Source: Longicatena sp.
Lineage (GTDB): Bacteria; Bacillota_I; Bacilli_A; Erysipelotrichales; Erysipelotrichaceae
Direction: 5' to 3'
Assembly (NCBI GenBank): GCA_036639195.1
Contig: JAVWJF010000005.1
Location: forward strand, 5,114 to 29,113
DNA: 24,000 bases
This document shows positions 17,678 through 23,529 of the stretch, in pieces. Under the pieces are notes generated by a model. The model was given only the letters and a program-made list of their open reading frames with translations. It searched no databases and was not told the origin of the DNA. Made by a program: the position numbers and the translations under genes. Numbering within the stretch: position 1 is the stretch's first letter; the number at the start of each line of letters is the position of its first letter.

Positions 17678-17765
17678 ACAAAGAGAGTATGCTCTTTATG
17701 GATATGGCTTTCTGACCGCTTGAGGTTGGATGTGCAGATTGATGCGGAACCATATCCTTTTTTTA
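17678..17765 (+). ncRNA. candidate orphan small RNA (~88 nt) with 5' hairpin and long imperfect terminator hairpin
   Basis: The predicted TSS lies ~7 nt after the -10. The 5' hairpin is AAAGAG-AGTATG-CTCTTT (17680-17697). The outer stem GGATATGG (17700-17707) pairs with CCATATCC (17750-17757), with inner CCGC/GCGG pairs, and is followed by seven T (17758-17764). No plausible ORF with an SD lies inside. Confidence 0.5.
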
Positions 17766-18025
17766 TGAAATTGAAGCTGTCATTATCGGCAGAATAGATA
17801 TATAACTATGTCTACGAACTTTAATTTAAAACACAAAGTAAATGTAATTTTTAATATTTTTTTCTTATCGAATAGAAATAGTAACTACATAATGGATGCT
17901 ACGCTCATTCAAAAAAACCTTTTAGTTATCACAACATTTTAGTATGCCATATTTCATTTATTTACTCAGTTTTCTATAAATGAGATATCTAGTTTATGAT
18001 ACCATACGAAAAAGAGGAATCTATT

Positions 18026-18475
18026 ATGACACATACCATAGGCTGTTTTTGTATCATCTTTAAATCCAATAAAATACTTTTAGTGAAACGAAAGGATTTT
18101 CCTTTGTGGGATCTACCTGGTGGAAGAAAAGAACAAGGAGAAAGTGAAATTGCTTGCGTCATTCGAGAAGCAAAAGAAGAATGTGGATACAGCATTTCTA
18201 TTGATCAAGAAATTGGACGTTATAAACGCGCGAAATATCAAGATACACAAGTTGTCTTTTCTACTCATATTCTAGAAGAATGCATCGATTTTACAAGCGA
18301 TGAAACTAAATGCATAAAATGGTTTCCATTGCATAAATTACCTTATAATCTTGTGCCTAATCGAAGATTGCAAATACAACATTTTAAAAAAGGATATTCT
18401 CAACTTGAAATATCCCTTAAAGATCATCACCCTTTATTAGTACTACAACGCTTTTATAAATTTCTGCATAAATAA
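18026..18475 (+). CDS. NUDIX hydrolase
   Basis: Nudix box GGRKEQGESEIACVIREAKEECG (GX5EX7REUXEEXGU). AGAGGA SD lies 7 nt before the ATG at 18026. Confidence 0.85.
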   Translation: MTHTIGCFCIIFKSNKILLVKRKDFPLWDLPGGRKEQGESEIACVIREAKEECGYSISIDQEIGRYKRAKYQDTQVVFSTHILEECIDFTSDETKCIKWFPLHKLPYNLVPNRRLQIQHFKKGYSQLEISLKDHHPLLVLQRFYKFLHK

Positions 18476-18481
18476 TGTACA

Positions 18482-18508
18482 TAAAAAGTGTCTCTCGACA
18501 CACTTTTT
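18482..18508. terminator. bidirectional terminator between the convergent NUDIX and M42 genes
   Basis: AAAAAGTGTC-TCTC-GACACACTTTTTA, with A- and T-runs on both sides. Confidence 0.7.
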
Positions 18509-19598
18509 ATTGTATAGAAGCTTTCATTGCTTTTAGTTTTTCCCAATTTACACGACGGCAGAATTCTGCGATTGCTTCAACGGTTTGTACATAATCTTTG
18601 CGATGAATCATCAAACGATGAGAATGCATATAACGAGTTGGAATGCTTAACGTCATCGTTATGATACCATCAAATGCTTTATGAATATTATCCGCATCTG
18701 TTCCTCCAGCAGTCATCATATCATAATTGATATCAAGACCTAAATCACGACAGATATCTTCCATTTCATGTAGAAGTGCTTTATGTGCAATGATACCTGC
18801 ATCCATCACGCTCAATACAACTCCTCCACCAAGCTTTACTTCCCCTTTATCCATTGGTGTATCTAATGCAGTTGTAACATCCAATGCGATCGCGACATCA
18901 GGATGTATAAGGTTTGTGGCAGTTCTAGCACCACGAAGACCTACTTCCTCTTGTACGGTTCCTACAGCATACACATTGGCTTCATGATCATCGTTTTGAA
19001 TGCGGTACAACACATCCATGGCAAGACCTGCACATAAACGATCATCCCAAGCCTTTCCCATTAAATAATTCGGATTGTTCATAACTTCGAACGTTGTATC
19101 TGGTGTAATCATATCACCAATTTGAATACCTAACTCTACTACTTCTTCTTTGTTATCAACACCCAAATCCAAAAATAAATCCATCGGTTTGATAACCTTT
19201 TCTTTTACTTCCGCTGGAAGTCCATGAGGTGCACTTGACCCAACCACTCCATGATATCGTTTGCCTTCTTTGGTAGTTACATATAAAGTTTGGGAAGGAA
19301 GCACATGTCCCCACCAACCACCAACTGGTAACATTCTAATATAACCTTGTTCATCAATTTCACGTACCATGAAACCAACTTCATCCATGTGTCCACAAAT
19401 CATAACTTTTGGTCCATCTTTATGACCTTTTTGTAATCCTACAATGGAACCTAAATTATCATATGTAATCTCATCACTGACTGGTGTTAACCATTTTTTC
19501 ATGACACGACTAACTTCTTTTTCACATCCAGAAATACCATGAGCTTCACTCATTTCTTTGATCATTTCTAGATTCATTTCTCCATAGGCTTCTTTCAT
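18507..19598 (-). CDS. M42-family aminopeptidase (FrvX/YsdC/PepA-like), paralog 2
   Basis: 363 aa with GHMDEVGFMV, AWDDRLC and GTVQEEVGLRGA motifs. Confidence 0.9.
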   Translation of the reverse strand: MKEAYGEMNLEMIKEMSEAHGISGCEKEVSRVMKKWLTPVSDEITYDNLGSIVGLQKGHKDGPKVMICGHMDEVGFMVREIDEQGYIRMLPVGGWWGHVLPSQTLYVTTKEGKRYHGVVGSSAPHGLPAEVKEKVIKPMDLFLDLGVDNKEEVVELGIQIGDMITPDTTFEVMNNPNYLMGKAWDDRLCAGLAMDVLYRIQNDDHEANVYAVGTVQEEVGLRGARTATNLIHPDVAIALDVTTALDTPMDKGEVKLGGGVVLSVMDAGIIAHKALLHEMEDICRDLGLDINYDMMTAGGTDADNIHKAFDGIITMTLSIPTRYMHSHRLMIHRKDYVQTVEAIAEFCRRVNWEKLKAMKASIQ

Positions 19599-19607
19599 AG
19601 AAACCTC

Positions 19608-20672
19608 TTAGCGATTTTCCGCTTTATAAGCGTTAATTTTTTCTTCATCAAGAGATTGGATAATGGAAAGTATAGCTGCTTTAGCACATTCATAATCACG
19701 TAGATCTATGATGCTGTTTCCAGTATGACCATTACGAGCACAAATACATGCGCTTAAGGTAGGACATCCAGAAAATAATTTATGAATCCAGGCAGCATCC
19801 GTTTGTGCCATATTATAAAAGTATTGATATGGAAGTTGTTGTTTTTCACATGTTTGTACAAGTGTATCCAACAACATACGATTTGGCATCATACCCTTAT
19901 CATAATAGCGAACTAAAATACCTTTCCCTAATTGTCCAACTGCATTCTCTTTTCCACTTATATCATTGGCAAAGCTACAATCCATAACAATACCCATATC
20001 TGGATGAATCAAACCTGTTGCTGTTGTTCCACCACGAATTCCAACTTCTTCTTGAACAGTTGCGCCAATGTATAAATCTACATCTAATTCGATATCTTTA
20101 AGTGCTTTTAAAACTTCAATTGCCATAACACAACCATAACGATTATCCCATGCTTTTGAAAGAATGCGATGTCCATCTTTTAATACAACAAATGGACCAT
20201 CTAGCACAGCACTATCCCCTACTTTAACACCCCAATCATTTGCCATAGTATCGCTTTCTGCACCAAAATCAATCAACATTTTCTTTACATCACAGGAAGC
20301 AATATCATCACTATCACATACGATATTACCTACCAACTCTGTACCATTGCTAGCTTTCACACGTACTCGTTGTGCATGTAAACTTTGTGGATTGATTCCA
20401 CCAATACAAATGAATCCAGCTAATCCATTTTTCTTAATACTAGTAATCATAAAACCAATTTCATCCATATGTCCACATACCATAACTCTTGGAGCATTCG
20501 GTTTTTTACTCTTCTTTACTGCAAATATAGATCCTAGATTATCATACACAATTTCATCTGCGTAGGATTCCATATGTCTTTTCATTATATGTGAGACTTC
20601 TTTTTCATCTCCAGAAATACCAATTACCTGTGTTAATTCTTGCATCAATGCAAGTGTTTCATCAAAATACAT
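19608..20672 (-). CDS. M42-family aminopeptidase (FrvX/YsdC/PepA-like), paralog 1
   Basis: 354 aa with GHMDEIGFMI, AWDNRYGC and ATVQEEVGIRGG motifs. It lies 9 nt upstream of paralog 2. Confidence 0.9.
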   Translation of the reverse strand: MYFDETLALMQELTQVIGISGDEKEVSHIMKRHMESYADEIVYDNLGSIFAVKKSKKPNAPRVMVCGHMDEIGFMITSIKKNGLAGFICIGGINPQSLHAQRVRVKASNGTELVGNIVCDSDDIASCDVKKMLIDFGAESDTMANDWGVKVGDSAVLDGPFVVLKDGHRILSKAWDNRYGCVMAIEVLKALKDIELDVDLYIGATVQEEVGIRGGTTATGLIHPDMGIVMDCSFANDISGKENAVGQLGKGILVRYYDKGMMPNRMLLDTLVQTCEKQQLPYQYFYNMAQTDAAWIHKLFSGCPTLSACICARNGHTGNSIIDLRDYECAKAAILSIIQSLDEEKINAYKAENR

Positions 20673-20701
20673 AAACGCACCTCTTTCTCTTTTACAAGTT
20701 C

Positions 20702-20758
20702 ATTATAAGCCTTTTTTCCATAATGTATATGAAGTTTGTTTCCTAATGCATAGGAAAC
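20702..20758 (-). promoter_or_regulatory. promoter module E: palindrome GTTTCCTAATGCATAGGAAAC (20738-20758) plus -10 TATAAT (20702-20707, minus strand) for the M42 pair
   Basis: A perfect 8-5-8 inverted repeat, with 32 nt from TAGGAA to TATAAT on the minus strand. No -35 is visible. Confidence 0.75.
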
Positions 20759-20761
20759 AAG

Positions 20762-20786
20762 AAAAGCAGCGAGAAAGCTGCTTTTC
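20762..20786 (-). terminator. Rho-independent terminator after the EIIB2 / GrdB-like unit
   Basis: Minus strand reads GAAAAGCAGC-TTTCTC-GCTGCTTTTCTTGTTT. Confidence 0.8.
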
Positions 20787-20810
20787 TTTGAGTTAATAGG
20801 AGTTTGCTTT

Positions 20811-21335
20811 TTAATGGTATGCGTGCTCTTTGATCATTTCACTTACGTCTTCTTTTTTCGCAAGTGCAAGTGCAAATTCACACATCATTGTTAAGCTTTG
20901 TGGTAAACCTGTACCACCTTTTTTAGGCATTTTAAGAATTGTAACATGATTTTTAAATTCTTCAATTGCCTCACTGCATTCCTCTGACATAATAGCAAAT
21001 GCAGGAATATCTGTTAGTTCATTGATTACTTGTGCCGTTTTTGCAGCCATTTTTCCATAGCTTCCATAATTGAAGCATGGTCCACAAATAACAACATCAG
21101 GATTTAACTTTTTGCTCATTGCTGCAAATTTCTTTCCGTTTGTTTCTGGATCTTGCGCAAATGTTCCATCTCCACAATATAGAGTAGCACAAATGCTACC
21201 ACCCATTTCTGTTAAAGACTTTTCAAACATGTGACAAGAACCTATCGCCATTGGCTTTCCACCCATTGCTAAATCTGGACTTTCTTTACCACCAAGTCCT
21301 GCTTGCGTCTGATCAAATACCATCAATACTTTCAT
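20811..21335 (-). CDS. GrdB (glycine/sarcosine/betaine reductase component B) N-terminal-domain-only protein
   Basis: 174 aa, collinear with the GrdB N-terminus as I recall it: VFDQTQAGLGGKE (cf. HYINQFFAGIGGEE), ATLYCGDGTF (cf. ATVICGDSYF), PDVVICGPCFNYGSYG (cf. PDLFIAGPAFNAGRYG), DIPAF. It ends long before the Sec-containing region. The start overlaps the EIIB2 stop context (TAAAATG). Confidence 0.65.
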   Translation of the reverse strand: MKVLMVFDQTQAGLGGKESPDLAMGGKPMAIGSCHMFEKSLTEMGGSICATLYCGDGTFAQDPETNGKKFAAMSKKLNPDVVICGPCFNYGSYGKMAAKTAQVINELTDIPAFAIMSEECSEAIEEFKNHVTILKMPKKGGTGLPQSLTMMCEFALALAKKEDVSEMIKEHAYH

Positions 21336-21336
21336 T

Positions 21337-21666
21337 TTATTGTTCTCCTTGTTTTCTTTTTTGTAGCAGAAGTAATGCTTTCTTTAGTACTTTTTCACCA
21401 TCCATCATCCCATAATCTTCTTGAGAGATTAACATCACAGGTGTATCTTCATCATAATTCTTTTTCGTTTCATTGAATAAGTACTTTACCTGTGGCCCTA
21501 ATAGGATGATATCCGGATGTTTTTCATCTACGATACTTTGCATTTTCTTATAGGAAAATGCAGCAACTTCAATTGGTAACAGATGCTGATTTGCACAGTC
21601 TTGCATACGACTAGCTAATAAGCTCGTAGACATTCCCTGATCACAAAATAAATAGAATCGTTTCAT
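21337..21666 (-). CDS. PTS EIIB component, lactose/cellobiose family (copy 2)
   Basis: 109 aa. MKRFYLFCDQGMSTSLL contains the Cys loop. ILLGPQVKY is also present. Confidence 0.9.
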   Translation of the reverse strand: MKRFYLFCDQGMSTSLLASRMQDCANQHLLPIEVAAFSYKKMQSIVDEKHPDIILLGPQVKYLFNETKKNYDEDTPVMLISQEDYGMMDGEKVLKKALLLLQKRKQGEQ

Positions 21667-21689
21667 AAAGCATCCTCCCTTACACTACT

Positions 21690-21747
21690 ATTATAAAACT
21701 TTATCACGAAAAATTCATCCAATTATATTTCCTAGTTATTAGGAAAT
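21690..21747 (-). promoter_or_regulatory. promoter module F: palindrome ATTTCCTAGTTATTAGGAAAT (21727-21747) plus -10 TATAAT (21690-21695, minus strand) for EIIB2 / GrdB-like
   Basis: A perfect 8-5-8 inverted repeat, with 33 nt from TAGGAA to TATAAT. No -35 is visible. Confidence 0.75.
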
Positions 21748-21778
21748 ATAAAAGAAAGAGATAGCGTTCGCTATCTCT
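21748..21778 (-). terminator. Rho-independent terminator after EIIC (following a ~125-nt 3' UTR)
   Basis: Minus strand reads AGAGATAGCG-AA-CGCTATCTCT followed by TTCTTTTAT. Confidence 0.75.
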
Positions 21779-21903
21779 AAATCTATACGTTTATAGATAT
21801 ACCTGTTTCCTGTTGGTTTATCTTTTTTTTATGCTTTTCTTGTAGAATTCTAATCGTTATTTTGATATTTTCAAATTATCGAAAGGTATACGATTTAAAA
21901 TTC

Positions 21904-23265
21904 TTATAGGTCATCCAATGATAAATCATCGAATGAAATATCTTCGTCGTCTGTTCCTTCTGCATTTTCTTCATCATGTAAGTACCCTTTATCAAGTGCT
22001 TTAATGAATGGGAAGTAAATACAACATCCGATAACAAGTAAGATAATCTGCCACACAGCTGCAATCCAACTTCCTGTTGATAACCAACCAGAGAATCCAA
22101 TTGGAGTTGTCCAAGGTAAGTTTACACCTGTTGTTCTAGGTAGAATTTCTGCCACTGTTAAGAAATATGAAGTACATAAGTTAAACATTGGTACAAAGAT
22201 AAATGGAATAATCATAATTGGGTTCAATACAATTGGTAAACCAAAGATGATTGGTTCATTGATTCCAAATACTCCTGGAACGATACTTAAACGACCTAAT
22301 ACTTTAATACGTTCTGATTTACAGAATAATAACATACAAATTACAAGCGATAGCGTACTACCTCCACCACCGAAGTTCGTAAAGAAATTCGAGAACGGAT
22401 TTGTAAAGATATGTGGTAATTCATTGTTTGGTGTACCTGCTTCAAAGGCAATTAATTGATCCGCTGTTAATACGTTACCAATAAAGAACACTGAGTTCAT
22501 TACGGCTGGACCATTGATACCAAAGAACCATAAGAATGTACACATGAAACTATAGATAGCATTTGCTCCTAATGTATCTCCTAACCCTTTCATAGGTGTT
22601 TGAAGAACAGTAAATACGAATCCCTGTGCAGTTTCAAATGGAGTGAACTGGAAGAAGATACGAATTAAGAAACATACTAATAATACAACAGCACTTGGAA
22701 CTAATGCAGCAAATGAATCTGCTACAGCTGGTGGAACACCTTTAGGCATTTTGATTGTCCAACCTTTTTTGTATACCCAAATAAATAGAAGTACACAAAG
22801 AATTGAACAACATAGAGCCATAAAGATACCATTCGTACCAATATTATCGAAAGATAAACCAGCAAATGCACCTTCTACAACGACTTCTCCTGCATCATTT
22901 GTAGCATCGTGAATTACAGGTTGTAAGATAAAGAATGAAACTAAGGCAACTGCTGCACCTTGAATTTTATCCCCTTTAAACTCTCTCGCCATTGCATACC
23001 CAGTACCCAAACAAGTAAGCAACGCTGTACAGTTGAATGTTGCACGAGATACGGCTTTAAACCATTCTTCCCAGCCTGCCCCAAAGACACCTGTCCAGAA
23101 ATCTGACCATCCTGGAATAGGGAAGTTAGCAATCAGCAAGAAGATTGAACCAACGATCAACAATGGTGTAGCAATTAAGAATCCGTCACGAATAGCGATC
23201 AATACTCTGTTTTTACTCAACACGTCAGACATTGGCATAAGAATTTTTTCGAGCTTGTCAAACAT
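21904..23265 (-). CDS. PTS EIIC permease, lactose/cellobiose family, with acidic C-terminal tail
   Basis: 453 aa polytopic membrane protein. The N-terminus (ILMPMSDVLSKNRVLIAIRDGF), the FGINGP loop and GINEPIIFGLPIVLNP are hallmarks of CelB/ChbC-type EIIC. GAGGAGG SD. Confidence 0.95.
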   Translation of the reverse strand: MFDKLEKILMPMSDVLSKNRVLIAIRDGFLIATPLLIVGSIFLLIANFPIPGWSDFWTGVFGAGWEEWFKAVSRATFNCTALLTCLGTGYAMAREFKGDKIQGAAVALVSFFILQPVIHDATNDAGEVVVEGAFAGLSFDNIGTNGIFMALCCSILCVLLFIWVYKKGWTIKMPKGVPPAVADSFAALVPSAVVLLVCFLIRIFFQFTPFETAQGFVFTVLQTPMKGLGDTLGANAIYSFMCTFLWFFGINGPAVMNSVFFIGNVLTADQLIAFEAGTPNNELPHIFTNPFSNFFTNFGGGGSTLSLVICMLLFCKSERIKVLGRLSIVPGVFGINEPIIFGLPIVLNPIMIIPFIFVPMFNLCTSYFLTVAEILPRTTGVNLPWTTPIGFSGWLSTGSWIAAVWQIILLVIGCCIYFPFIKALDKGYLHDEENAEGTDDEDISFDDLSLDDL

Positions 23266-23330
23266 TTTAATTTCCTCCTCTTTAAACTTCTAAAAAATTT
23301 AATAGTGCGCACTAAACTTTTTACAACCTT

Positions 23331-23389
23331 ATTATAATAAAAGTTTATCTTTCACAACATGAAAATGATTTCCTAAGGTATAGGAAATC
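23331..23389 (-). promoter_or_regulatory. promoter module G: palindrome GATTTCCTAAGGTATAGGAAATC (23367-23389) plus -10 TATAAT (23331-23336, minus strand) for EIIC
   Basis: A perfect 9-5-9 inverted repeat, with 33 nt from TAGGAA to TATAAT. No -35 is visible. It has the longest leader of the seven (~58 nt). Confidence 0.75.
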
Positions 23390-23484
23390 CTCTTTTCCTA
23401 ACCAAAATATGAAAATAAACCTTTATTTATCGACTTTTTTGGGAGTCAAACTAAAATTATAAAATCCGTTTATATTCTTGACGA

Positions 23485-23515
23485 AAGATAAAAGCAGTGA
23501 TTTCTCACTGCTTTC
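23485..23515 (-). terminator. Rho-independent terminator after the RDD-family gene
   Basis: Minus strand reads AGCAGTGA-GAAA-TCACTGCT followed by TTTATCTTT. Confidence 0.7.
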
Positions 23516-23529
23516 TAACTTCTATTCTT

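Noticed and set aside
17678-17765. Candidate sRNA considered as SRP (4.5S) RNA, tRNA-like, a riboswitch or a retron msr/msd.
   Set aside because: It has no GGAA-tetraloop/AGCA helix-8 core, no T-loop or cloverleaf, no co-oriented gene within ~260 nt downstream, and no reverse transcriptase gene nearby. It is kept only as an unclassified sRNA candidate.
23296-23320. Palindrome in the EIIC leader considered as a CcpA cre site.
   Set aside because: It does not fit TGWAANCGNTNWCA: there is no TG..AA arm. Only the central CG(C) is shared.
23393-23400. Extra half-site TTTTCCTA 3 nt beyond palindrome G.
   Set aside because: It is a single half-site without a partner. It may extend site G, but on its own it is not evidence for an eighth operator.
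10316-23529. Sigma-54 (-24 TGGCAC / -12 TTGCA) promoters, expected if a LevR-type activator controlled the PTS units.
   Set aside because: No such element was seen in any of the seven intergenic regions. All instead have a sigma-A-type TATAAT.
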